In this document: one piece after another, positions 1 through 8,637 of the stretch
Numbering within the stretch: position 1 is the stretch's first letter
How the letters are laid out: each line of letters begins with the position of its first letter
Assembly: GCF_000196555.1 (NCBI RefSeq)
Contig: NC_015067.1
Location: 150,001 to 182,000 of the forward strand
Reading direction: 5' to 3'
Origin: Bifidobacterium longum subsp. longum JCM 1217
GTDB lineage: Bacteria > Actinomycetota > Actinomycetes > Actinomycetales > Bifidobacteriaceae
Length of the DNA: 32,000 nucleotides
The notes under the pieces: model-generated
Databases searched by the model: none
Seen by the model: the letters and a program-made list of their open reading frames with translations, nothing else
What the model was told of the DNA's origin: nothing
Made by a program: the position numbers and the translations under genes

Positions 1-101
1 GTCTCGGGAAGCACCAGATCCGGCTTGGCGAAGGTTCGGGACACCGTGGATACGGAAACGCCGGCCTCGCGGGCCACTGCCTGAATGCTTGCCTTGGTCA
101 T
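1..101 (-). CDS. LacI-family transcriptional regulator, N-terminal HTH only (gene runs off the left edge)
   Basis: The reverse complement of 1..101 reads MTKASIQAVAREAGVSVSTVSRTFAKPDLVLPE. This is the canonical LacI/GalR helix-turn-helix; compare MKASIEDVARQAGVSTATVSRAFSRPDMV of the intact paralog at 3726..4736. The ATG is at 99..101 on the minus strand. Confidence 0.7.
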   Translation of the reverse strand, partial: MTKASIQAVAREAGVSVSTVSRTFAKPDLVLPE

Positions 102-130
102 ATGCCGTCGCTCCTTCGCCGTCGCGAACA

Positions 131-150
131 ATCATTGTCATGACAACGAT
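131..150. promoter_or_regulatory. 20-bp near-perfect palindrome, candidate LacI-type operator upstream of the edge LacI gene
   Basis: ATCATTGTCA|TGACAACGAT is self-complementary at 18 of 20 positions, with a perfect 12-bp core TTGTCATGACAA. It lies 30 nt upstream of the LacI start. Its right half TGACAACGAT recurs at 2602..2611, upstream of malQ. Confidence 0.35.
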
Positions 151-233
151 AACATGCCCATAACAAGTCGTCGTCTTCGGCTATCTCGATTACGAGGGGC
201 TGATTTAGACCAATTTCCCATTGCCGGAATCGA

Positions 234-2471
234 TCACCGCTTCTCTCGGCGCATCACGGCGGCTAGGGACTGCACGCGTGGCAGGTCGAAGACCTCGTCG
301 GTATGTACCACGTGGCCTGAGCTGTCCGCCAGCGGCACGCGCCAGTTCGAATACTCTCTGGAAGTGCCCGGCTGATTCTGGGAACGGCATTCGCCCACGC
401 CGTCCACCAACGCTGCCTGCAGCAGCAGCGACGGCGTATCGGTGAGCATGGCGTGCATCGCTTCCACGATTTCCTGCACATGGCCTTCCACATCATCCGC
501 CACGGTCTGCGAGATATAGCCGTTCTCCACCAGACGGTTCATCATGGCCGTGCGTTCGGCCATCGCCGAGGCGGCGAACGCCTCCACCGGCTCGCTCAGG
601 AGATGCAGCTCCTCGCGTAGCTTGACGTGTTCGAAGTTCAGGTAGCCGGCGGTGGGTGGCAGATCGTGCGTGGTCACCGAGGCCAATGCCTGCTTGCGGT
701 AGTCCTCGGGTGCGCGGTACGGGTCGCCGGCGTTCGGCGAATCGTCCACGCGGTTGAACCATTCCACGTCAGTGCCGAGTACGCCGTGATCTGCCAGAAT
801 GCGGCGCACGTAATCCGGCACGGTGCCCAGATCCTCGCCAACCACCATGCCTCCGGCGCGCGTGGCTTCGATGGCCAGTACTCCCAGCATCGCTTCGTGG
901 TTGTACGTTACGTATGCGCCGTTGAGGGCGCCGAGCCCCTGCGGAATCCACCACAGGCGGAACAGGCCCAGCACATGGTCGATGCGCACCGCGCCCGCGT
1001 GCTCGTACATCGAATGCACCATCTCGCGGTACACCTGGTAGCCGGTGGCCTCCAGATAGCGTGGGCTGAACGGCGGCTGGCCCCAATCCTGGCCCTGCTG
1101 GTTATAGAAGTCCGGCGGGCAGCCGACCGTGACGCCGCCGGAGGCGAAGCGTTCCGGATTGGCCCAGGCATCCGCGCCGAGCCCGTGCACGCCCACGGCC
1201 ATGTCTTGCATCAGACCCAGTGTCATGCCGTGGTCCAGCGCCTCCTGCTGCGCGGCGTTCACCTGCTCGGCGGCAATCCACTGCAGCCAGCGGTTGAACT
1301 CGAACAGGTCGTGGTGCTCCTCGACGAGCTGGCGCACGGCCGGGTCGTCGATGGTCTTCTCGAAGAACCAACGGTTCTCGCCCCACGGCGCGCCCCATAC
1401 CTCGAAGCACAGGCACCAGGTGGCGAAGGAATCGAGGTCTGGGCCGGCGGTGGTCTTGAAATGCTCGAATTCGAGCTCGCGCTTGTTGTTGCGGCCCGCG
1501 TCGAAGATCAGGCGCAGCGCCGGGCGTTTGGCCGCCCACGCCGCGTTGATGTCCATCGGGTTCGATTCGTCGTTGCGTGCGGCCACTGAATCATGCAGCG
1601 CATCCACCTGCGCTCGGATATCGGCCGGCAGCGTGCCGTATTCGGGGATGTCCTGCGGGCGGATGTACGTCACGTTGAGGAATCGGCGCGATTCCGGTAG
1701 ATACGGCGATGGCTCAAGCGGCGGAATCGGCGCGCCGGCGTGAATCGGGTTGATGAGCATGAAGTCGGCTTTGGACTTGTCGGCCGCGTCCGCCAGCAGC
1801 AGCTTCAGATCGCCGTAATCGCCGATGCCCCACGATTCGCGGGACCGCACGGAATACATCTGCGTCATCCAGCCCCACCGCTGGTGCTCGGCGACCGCCT
1901 CCGGCACGGGAATGCGCGCGGGGGCGGCGATGATGGCCGCCTTGCCCTCGCGCCCGTCCACCGTGACGGTCAGTGTGTGGTAGCCCATCGGCAGATCGGG
2001 GGCGATGGTCAAGTCCGGCTTGCCGGAATTGAGGTTCGGCAGCAGGGCAAAGTGGCCAAACGCGGTGCCGTCCTCCAGCTCGATGGAGGCGGTGATGTCC
2101 GCGTCCGACGGGCAATTCAGGGTCAGGCTTGTCGGCTTGCCGGTGGTGGCCACGATGGTGGGTGGTAGCAAACGTTTGCTGTTTTCGGCCTCAAGTTCGG
2201 TCATGGAACGTTTTATGGCCTCGTCGCTGGAGGCGTCCACATCGAGGGCCTTGAGCACGGCGACCAAGGCCTCGTCGCTGATTTCGGTGTAGGTGCCGAG
2301 CTGGTCGATGAACGAGGTGGAAAGCCCGCATGCTTTGGCCAGCTTGACCAGCGGACGGGCGAGTCGTTCCGTGCTTTCCGCGCGCTGCGGGGCACCGGAA
2401 GCGGCGTCGTTGGTGGTGTCTGCGATGGTGCCGGTGCTGGTCGCTGCGTCGTTGCTGTACGCGTCGGTCAT
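234..2471 (-). CDS. malQ: 4-alpha-glucanotransferase (amylomaltase, GH77)
   Basis: The 745-aa ORF has the GH77 amylomaltase layout and typical blocks (WGIGDYGDL, RIDHVLGLFRLWWIP, VGEDLGTVP, TTHDLPP). An AAGGAG RBS lies just upstream of the ATG (minus strand). Confidence 0.9.
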   Translation of the reverse strand: MTDAYSNDAATSTGTIADTTNDAASGAPQRAESTERLARPLVKLAKACGLSTSFIDQLGTYTEISDEALVAVLKALDVDASSDEAIKRSMTELEAENSKRLLPPTIVATTGKPTSLTLNCPSDADITASIELEDGTAFGHFALLPNLNSGKPDLTIAPDLPMGYHTLTVTVDGREGKAAIIAAPARIPVPEAVAEHQRWGWMTQMYSVRSRESWGIGDYGDLKLLLADAADKSKADFMLINPIHAGAPIPPLEPSPYLPESRRFLNVTYIRPQDIPEYGTLPADIRAQVDALHDSVAARNDESNPMDINAAWAAKRPALRLIFDAGRNNKRELEFEHFKTTAGPDLDSFATWCLCFEVWGAPWGENRWFFEKTIDDPAVRQLVEEHHDLFEFNRWLQWIAAEQVNAAQQEALDHGMTLGLMQDMAVGVHGLGADAWANPERFASGGVTVGCPPDFYNQQGQDWGQPPFSPRYLEATGYQVYREMVHSMYEHAGAVRIDHVLGLFRLWWIPQGLGALNGAYVTYNHEAMLGVLAIEATRAGGMVVGEDLGTVPDYVRRILADHGVLGTDVEWFNRVDDSPNAGDPYRAPEDYRKQALASVTTHDLPPTAGYLNFEHVKLREELHLLSEPVEAFAASAMAERTAMMNRLVENGYISQTVADDVEGHVQEIVEAMHAMLTDTPSLLLQAALVDGVGECRSQNQPGTSREYSNWRVPLADSSGHVVHTDEVFDLPRVQSLAAVMRREKR

Positions 2472-2731
2472 GATGACTCCTTGCTTGCAAATTGGGTACT
2501 GCTAGTCGTTTGCATTGCTGTTCGAGGGCCGCTCTGCGTTGAGGTTCCGGCAACCTGACAGACCAATGTTCGAGCTGTTCTGCCTCTACCGTAACTCATA
2601 TTGACAACGATTGCAATACATTCGGTGAGTTGGACGAGGCTAGAGGTGTTGGTGTTTGTCGTGATGGCCCGTTGACTATCCCCAGTCGACTTTGCCGACA
2701 GCCTCGCCGGCGGAGGTGAGGTCGAACGGGT

Positions 2732-3013
2732 TTAACCAAACACGACGAACGATTGCGGGGAGAGCGTCAGCTGCCCGCCGCTCACGGCCGGTTCACCAAG
2801 ACTGAGCAGCACGTCGGCGTCGGAAGAGAGCTCGTCCGGCAGGTATTCCGTGAGGAATGAGGCGATTGAGGCACCTGAATCGGCGTTGAAATAACTGGAA
2901 TCGCCTTCGTGCTCCATAGGCGTGTCGGTATTGCGCAGCAACAGGTTGTAGCCGTTCGGGTGGCCGTCCCGGCGCCAGTCGAGGTAGAGGTCCATGTCGA
3001 AGCCGGCCTGCAT
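2732..3013 (-). pseudogene. C-terminal remnant of a glycoside hydrolase (family not resolved)
   Basis: The 93-aa ORF ends ...LLLRNTDTPMEHEGD...VLLSLGEPAVSGGQLTLSPQSFVVFG. This resembles the last beta-sandwich domain of GH13/GH36-type enzymes. No catalytic domain lies upstream, and it abuts the amylase remnant head-to-head. Confidence 0.4.
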
Positions 3014-3057
3014 CGATTCGTTCGGATGGCCTGGACGCCATCGGCGGACCGACCTGG

Positions 3058-3714
3058 GTGGATTCCGATAAGGCGGCCGTATGGGTGACCAACTGGGACA
3101 CCGAGCGCAACGGCTCCTCGCTCACCACCCGTGACGGCACCAGCTACCTGCTCGCCAACGCCTTCATGCTCGCCTACGATTACGGCCAGCCGCACATCTT
3201 CTCCGGCTACTACTACGCCGGCGTCGACGACGGCGCTCCCGGCGCCACCCGCACCTCCGTGCCGGACATGACCTGTCCGACCGACGGCATCGAAACCGCC
3301 GGCACCTGGCACTGCGCGCAACGCTGGACCGCCATCCGCGGCATGATCGGCTTCCGCAACGCCGTGGCCGGCACCTTCACCGCCACCGTGGCCAAGGGCT
3401 CGGCCGTCGCCCTATACGCCGGCGCGACGCCCGCAAACTGGGCCGGCACCCGGAAATACGATCCGTCCGATCCCGCCTGGTTCACCGGCGAAACACCGCA
3501 TAAGGGCGATGACACCGCCGCCAAGTCCGCCGATTCCGCAGCGTCCGCCAAGTCAGGCGACGCCAAGTCCGGAAAGGCAACGTCCGATGCCATCCGCCGC
3601 GCCGCAACGCTCGCCGCCATCCTCCTGCCCGTCATCGTCGGCGTCACGTTCATGGCGATAGCTCGCAGGAACGGCAAAGCCCAGTCCGACAACAGCGGCC
3701 CGAATAACGACTGA
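3058..3714 (+). pseudogene. C-terminal remnant of a GH13 alpha-amylase with a C-terminal membrane anchor
   Basis: It contains GH13 conserved region IV in degenerate form (AAVWVTNWDTERN, compare FVDNHDTER). This is followed by LLANAFMLAYDYGQPHIFSGYYY and CAQRWTAIRGMIGFRNAV, typical of actinobacterial/animal-type amylases. Catalytic regions I-III are absent. The frame is open upstream to about 2980 but has no amylase-like sequence there. The C-terminus is a Ser/Ala/Lys-rich linker, then a TM helix (LAAILLPVIVGVTFMAIA) and a basic tail. Confidence 0.6.
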
Positions 3715-3725
3715 TTCGGCCCCGC

Positions 3726-4736
3726 TCAGCCGCGCACCCGCGGCGCGGCGGTGGAGTCGCGTACCAGCAGTTGCACGGGGAAGATCTCGTGCGGCTGGTC
3801 CAGGGTGCGCCCCTCGATAAGGTCCAGGGCCTTGCGCGCGGCGGCGACGGCCATGTCGTACGGCTTCTGGCGCACGGTGGTCAGCCCCACCTCGCCCGAG
3901 AACGTGCTGTTGTCGAATCCGGTGACGGACAGGTCGGTCGGAATCGCCATGCCGCATTGGCGCAGGCGGAAGAACAGCGGAATCGCCAGCGAATCCTGAT
4001 GGAAGCACAGGGCAGTCGGGGCGTCGTCGCGCGCGAGCAGCGCGGTGAGGGCGGCGTCGACCGGATCGTCGCCGGCCTGCATGTCCATCGTCTGGCCGGT
4101 CACGCCGTCCAGTTCGCTGCACGCCTCCAGGAATCCGGTGACGCGGTTGTGCGAGCTGAAGCCCATCGTGGCATCGAACGTCTCGTACAAATACAACAGG
4201 TTGCGGTGGCCGAGCGTGGTCAGATGGCGCACGATCAGCCGGATGCCGGCCTTGTCGTCGATGCCCACGGAGGCGGTGAACCCCTGCGAGGCCGTGTTGA
4301 TGCCGATGAGCGGGATCCGCGTGGTGTTGAGTCGCCTGATTTCGGCCGGGGTGATGGCGAACGACGAGACGATGACCGCGTCCGCGTTGCCGCGCACCGG
4401 CAGTTCGTCGAAGAACTCCTCGCGCGCGCCCGCGTCGCCGATCGGTTGGATGACCAGATCGTAGCCGGCCGATCGCAGCACTTCGTTGAGGCCTTCGATG
4501 ATGCGCGAGGTGAACCAGTCGAGCTTGCTGCTGCCCACCAGCAGCGCCACGCGGTGGGAGCGGCCCGATTTGAGGATGCCGGCCATGCGGGATACCGAGA
4601 AGTCGAGTTGTTGGGCGGCCTCCATCACCTTGGCGCGCGTTTTGGCGGAGACCATGTCAGGGCGGGAGAACGCGCGGGAGACCGTGGCGGTGGAGACGCC
4701 TGCTTGCCTGGCGACGTCCTCGATGCTGGCTTTCAT
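3726..4736 (-). CDS. LacI-family transcriptional regulator
   Basis: The 336-aa ORF has an N-terminal HTH (MKASIEDVARQAGVSTATVSRAF) and a periplasmic-binding-protein-like sugar-sensor domain. A GGGAGGGG RBS lies upstream. Confidence 0.9.
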   Translation of the reverse strand: MKASIEDVARQAGVSTATVSRAFSRPDMVSAKTRAKVMEAAQQLDFSVSRMAGILKSGRSHRVALLVGSSKLDWFTSRIIEGLNEVLRSAGYDLVIQPIGDAGAREEFFDELPVRGNADAVIVSSFAITPAEIRRLNTTRIPLIGINTASQGFTASVGIDDKAGIRLIVRHLTTLGHRNLLYLYETFDATMGFSSHNRVTGFLEACSELDGVTGQTMDMQAGDDPVDAALTALLARDDAPTALCFHQDSLAIPLFFRLRQCGMAIPTDLSVTGFDNSTFSGEVGLTTVRQKPYDMAVAAARKALDLIEGRTLDQPHEIFPVQLLVRDSTAAPRVRG

Positions 4737-4886
4737 GGCCCCTCCCGGTTTTTCAAAGTTGACGGTGTGACAAACTTCTCTTCATTGTAAATCATTGCAG
4801 TACGTTTTACGACAGTCATAGTGCAATGGGTTGCGATATTGCGACACGCCGAAAATATAGACCAATATGGTCTCAATAGCTTTGGA

Positions 4887-4917
4887 ATGTAACAGGTTGC
4901 AAATGTAACGGTTTGCA
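4887..4917. promoter_or_regulatory. Two tandem 15-nt pseudo-palindromic boxes, candidate LacI operators
   Basis: ATGTAACAGGTTGCA (4887..4901) and ATGTAACGGTTTGCA (4903..4917) are direct repeats with a 16-nt period. Both are of the TGTAAC...GTTGCA type. They sit in the AT-rich divergent region between the LacI gene and the ABC-transporter remnant. Confidence 0.3.
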
Positions 4918-5005
4918 TGGCTGAGAAAGCCGGGTTGCCGAACTAGTTCGACACCCGTATGCTGAACCGTGTTCACTTAGAGCTTGCGAGGAAGTAAGGG
5001 AGATA

Positions 5006-5722
5006 ATGAAGATCAAGAAATCTCTCGCCGCGCTGACTGCAACCGTGAGCATTATGGCACTTGCAACCGGTTGCAGTTCGAGCGGTTCGTCAGGCGTCGT
5101 CGACACCCAGGCCGACAAGGGCCTGGCCGTCATGGGCGACACCATCACCTACGACCCCAACCACTTGGTCAACGACGGCCAGCCCATCGAACTGGGCTAC
5201 TGGTCCTGGGGCGACGAAAGCACTGACCCGGTGATCTCCATGCTCCACGAGTACGAGAAGATCCACCCGAACGTCACCTTCAAGATCTCGCAGGTGGCTT
5301 GGAGCGACTACTGGGTCAAGACCCCGCTCTCGCTCAAGGGCAACAAGAACGCCCCCGTGCTGTTCAACGTCCACAACTCCGAGGATGCCCTGCTCCGCCC
5401 GCACGCCGTCCGCCTCGACGGCGCCAGCGACTGGCGCATCTTCCACCAGGTGGTGCTGCCGATGAGCCGCAATTCCATCGCCGCGCTCGCCATCTTCACC
5501 TTCCTGTGGAACTGGGAGGACTACCTCTGGCCGTTCCTCATGATCACCGATGACGACAAGCAGCTGTTGTCGGTGGGCCTCAAGATGTTCTCCGGCCAGT
5601 ACGGCACCGATTACGGCGGACTGTTCGCCGCCACCTCCGTGACCATCATCCCGGTGGTCATCGTCTACCTGGTGTTCCAGAAGCAGTTCATCGCCGGCAT
5701 CGCCACCGGCTCTGGCAAGTAA
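5006..5722 (+). pseudogene. In-frame deletion chimera: sugar ABC solute-binding lipoprotein N-terminus fused to MalG-type permease C-terminus
   Basis: Residues 1 to about 130 are a lipoprotein signal (LATGC lipobox) plus a family-1 SBP N-terminal lobe (IELGYWSWGD...YEKIHPNVTFKI...WSDYW). Residues from about 134 to 238 are the last roughly 100 aa of a binding-protein-dependent permease (RLDGASDWRIFHQVVLPMS...WNWEDYLWPFLMI...FQKQFIAGIATGSGK). The junction is near 5396..5407. Confidence 0.7.
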
Positions 5723-5833
5723 ACCCGGCCGGTTTCGGCCGAATCCGAACCGCGCCGCAGTCTCCCACCAGTCCCGGGGAGCCGCGGCCGCATCACTCGT
5801 ATCATCGTGAATAACCGTACAGAAGGGGTAACC

Positions 5834-8371
5834 ATGGCACAGTCACCACAACTCAAGCAGTCGTCTCCGACCTCGCCCGATCCGCAGGACTTCCGCCTCG
5901 ACGCCACGCCGGCCATGCGCGCCGACAATGTGGTGTCCGGCGAGCACTGGCGCATCGGACTCATCACCGATTCGCTCGTGCGATTCGAATGGTCCGATTC
6001 CGGCGTATTCGAGAACCGCCCGACCCAGACCGTCCTGAACCGCGATTTCGGTAGCCCAGTCGAACGCCGCGTCACCGAGCGTGACGGCCGCGTCATCATC
6101 GACACCGCGGCCCTGACCATCGTCTACGACCAGCAGCCGTTCAGCAAGGAAGGCCTGAGCGTGGTCGTCAAAGGCGTGGCCGACACCCAGTTCAACACCT
6201 GGCATTACGGCGACGCCCAGCGCGGCAACCTCAAAGGCACCGCCCGCACGCTGGACGAGGCGGACGGCGCCATCGAGCTTGACAACGGCGTGATCTCGCG
6301 CGACGGCTGGGCCGTCATCGACGATTCCGCCGCCAACATCATCATCGAAACCGACACGGTGAACGGCAAGGCGAACCCGTTCGGCACCTGGGTATCCCCG
6401 CGCGCCACCGCCGAAACGGACTTGTACTTCTTCGGCTATGGCCACCGCTACATCGAGGCCGTACGCGACTTCTATCGCCTGACCGGCCCCACGCCGCTCC
6501 TGCCGCGCTTCGCCATGGGCAACTGGTGGAGCCGCTACTACCGGTACACGCAGGACGGCTATCTGGCCCTGATGGACCGCTTCAAGCGCGAGGGCATCCC
6601 GTTCACCACCTCCGTGATCGACATGGACTGGCATCGCGTGGACGACGTGGACCCGAAGTACGGTTCCGGCTGGACCGGCTACTCGTGGAACCGCGAACTG
6701 TTCCCCGACCCGCCGGCCTTCCTCGCCGACCTGCACCGGCGCGGCCTGCGCACCACACTGAACGTCCACCCGCGCGACGGCGTGCGCGCGTTCGAGGACG
6801 CCTACCCCGAAGTCGCCAAGCGCGTCGGCATCGACCCGGCCACCGAGGAGAACGTGGAATTCGACCTCACCAACCCGGACTTCGTGGACGCCTATTTCGA
6901 CATGCACCACCGCATGGAGGCCGAAGGCGTCGACTTCTGGTGGCTGGACTGGCAGCAGGGCGGCGTGACCCGCGAGAAAGGTCTCGACCCGCTGTGGATG
7001 CTCAACCACATGCACTACCTCGACTCAGGGCGCGGCGGCAACTGGCCGCTCACCTTCTCCCGGTACGCCGGCCCCGGCTCCCACCGCTACCCGGTCGGCT
7101 TCTCCGGAGACACGATCGTGACCTGGGAATCGCTCGCCTTCCAGCCGCAGTTCACCGCCACCGCTTCCAACATCGGGTATGGCTGGTGGAGCCACGACAT
7201 CGGCGGCCACATGTTCGGCTACCGCAACGAAGAGCTGGAGGCCCGCTGGTACCAGCTCGGCGCGTTCAGCCCGATCAACCGACTGCATTCGTCCAACTCG
7301 CCGTTCTCCGGCAAGGAGCCGTGGAACTTCAACCGTGACGTGAGCGCCGCGATGGTGGACGCGCTGCGTCTGCGCCACGCGATGATGCCGTACTTGTACA
7401 CCATGAACTACCGTGCCGCCGAAGCCGGCCGTCCGCTGGTCGAGCCGATGTACTGGCAGAACCCGGATACGCCGGACGCCTACGAGGTGCCGGACGAGTT
7501 CCGCTTCGGCACCGAGCTCGTGGTCGCGCCGATCGTCTCCCCGGACGATGCCGCCGCCTGCCGCGGCCGCGCCGACGCCTGGCTGCCGCAGGGGGAGTGG
7601 TTCGACTTCTTCGACGGCCGCCGATACGTCTCATCCGACGCCGCCGGCCGCCGACTGGAGGTCTGGCGCTCGCTCGACCGCACGCCGGTGTTCGCCAAGG
7701 CCGGCGCGATCGTGCCGTTGCAGGACGTCGCGGAATCCGGCGAAGCGGTCAACTCTATCGCCAACCCGCAGGCCCTGCGCGTGCTGGTGTTCCCTGGTGC
7801 CGACGGCTCGTTCGTCATGCGCGAGGATCGCGGCACGTGGGGCGCCACCAGCGCCGACACCGCGATAGCGTTCACGTGGGGCGGGGCCGATGCGTCGCCC
7901 AGCGCCTTCACCGTCGCGCCGGTTACCGGCGATACGTCCGCCGTACCCGAGTCGCGCGACTGGACGGTCGTGTTCCGCGGCGTCGCGCCGGTCGATGCGG
8001 CCAGCGGCGTGCGTGCATGGTCCGGCGAGGCTCCGGTCGAGGCAACGGTGGCGTACGACGAGGCGACCATGAGCCTGACCGTGTCCGTCACCGGCATCAG
8101 CTCGGCTGCCAGTCTGCGCATCGAGATTCCCGGCGGTCTGCGCATCGCCGACAATCCGGTCGAATCGGACGCGATGGACCTACTGCTGCACGCCCAGATG
8201 CTCTACCGCACCAAGGAGCTCGCGCTGCAGGCGGTCCACAAGCTCGGCATCGGCGCGATCGGCGCCCTGCGCACCATGAACCGTGGTCCGCGCTACGCCA
8301 ACGATTTCTGGATCACCGACATGCCCGATGCGGTGGCCGGCGCGCTCGAAGAAATTCTGCTGCGCAGCTGA
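5834..8371 (+). CDS. GH31 family alpha-glucosidase / alpha-xylosidase
   Basis: The long ORF carries GH31-type blocks (VIDMDWH, GVDFWWLDWQQGG, GFSGDT, WSHDIGGH, RWYQLGAFSPINRLHS). I prefer the ATG at 5834, 6 nt after the GAAGGGG RBS, over the GTG at 5807 used by the ORF track. Confidence 0.85.
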   Translation: MAQSPQLKQSSPTSPDPQDFRLDATPAMRADNVVSGEHWRIGLITDSLVRFEWSDSGVFENRPTQTVLNRDFGSPVERRVTERDGRVIIDTAALTIVYDQQPFSKEGLSVVVKGVADTQFNTWHYGDAQRGNLKGTARTLDEADGAIELDNGVISRDGWAVIDDSAANIIIETDTVNGKANPFGTWVSPRATAETDLYFFGYGHRYIEAVRDFYRLTGPTPLLPRFAMGNWWSRYYRYTQDGYLALMDRFKREGIPFTTSVIDMDWHRVDDVDPKYGSGWTGYSWNRELFPDPPAFLADLHRRGLRTTLNVHPRDGVRAFEDAYPEVAKRVGIDPATEENVEFDLTNPDFVDAYFDMHHRMEAEGVDFWWLDWQQGGVTREKGLDPLWMLNHMHYLDSGRGGNWPLTFSRYAGPGSHRYPVGFSGDTIVTWESLAFQPQFTATASNIGYGWWSHDIGGHMFGYRNEELEARWYQLGAFSPINRLHSSNSPFSGKEPWNFNRDVSAAMVDALRLRHAMMPYLYTMNYRAAEAGRPLVEPMYWQNPDTPDAYEVPDEFRFGTELVVAPIVSPDDAAACRGRADAWLPQGEWFDFFDGRRYVSSDAAGRRLEVWRSLDRTPVFAKAGAIVPLQDVAESGEAVNSIANPQALRVLVFPGADGSFVMREDRGTWGATSADTAIAFTWGGADASPSAFTVAPVTGDTSAVPESRDWTVVFRGVAPVDAASGVRAWSGEAPVEATVAYDEATMSLTVSVTGISSAASLRIEIPGGLRIADNPVESDAMDLLLHAQMLYRTKELALQAVHKLGIGAIGALRTMNRGPRYANDFWITDMPDAVAGALEEILLRS

Positions 8372-8376
8372 GCCCG

Positions 8377-8394
8377 GTTGCAGTTTTCTGCAAC
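8377..8394 (+). terminator. Short hairpin just after the GH31 stop (weak terminator candidate)
   Basis: GTTGCAG-TTTT-CTGCAAC starts 6 nt after the TGA at 8369..8371. No U-tract follows, so it is weak. Confidence 0.3.
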
Positions 8395-8523
8395 ATCCGG
8401 GTGCGCCCCGGTATGCGGCGATAAGTTCGGCATGGTTGCCGAAGGGCGTGGCATACCGGGTGCAGTGCGTGGGATGGCCTTCGCGATTGCACTCATCGTG
8501 CGGTCAGTGGAAAGGAACTTTTC

Positions 8524-8637
8524 ATGCACAAGGTGAAACAGCACAAGGGCGTCGCGGTGGCCGCCGCAGTCTGCGCGGTCGCGATGGCGGCCTCGCTCGC
8601 GACCCACGCCGGCGCGGCCGGGGACCGGCGTTATTGA
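8524..8637 (+). pseudogene. Orphan 37-codon ORF that is only a secretion signal peptide (remnant of a secreted protein gene)
   Basis: A GGAAAGGAA RBS precedes the ATG at 8524. The product MHKVKQHKGVAVAAAVCAVAMAASLATHAGAAGDRRY has the n-h-c architecture of a signal peptide. The ORF stops inside repeat unit 1 of the 17-bp array. Confidence 0.3.

Noticed and set aside
3771-4790. A 339-aa ORF antisense to the LacI regulator. Similar shadow ORFs occur at 627..1589 (antisense to malQ), 5843..7015 (antisense to GH31), 13045..13614, 11918..12583 and others.
   Set aside because: These are high-GC shadow ORFs with Arg/Gly/Ala/His-rich, motif-free translations. Each overlaps a confidently identified gene on the other strand.
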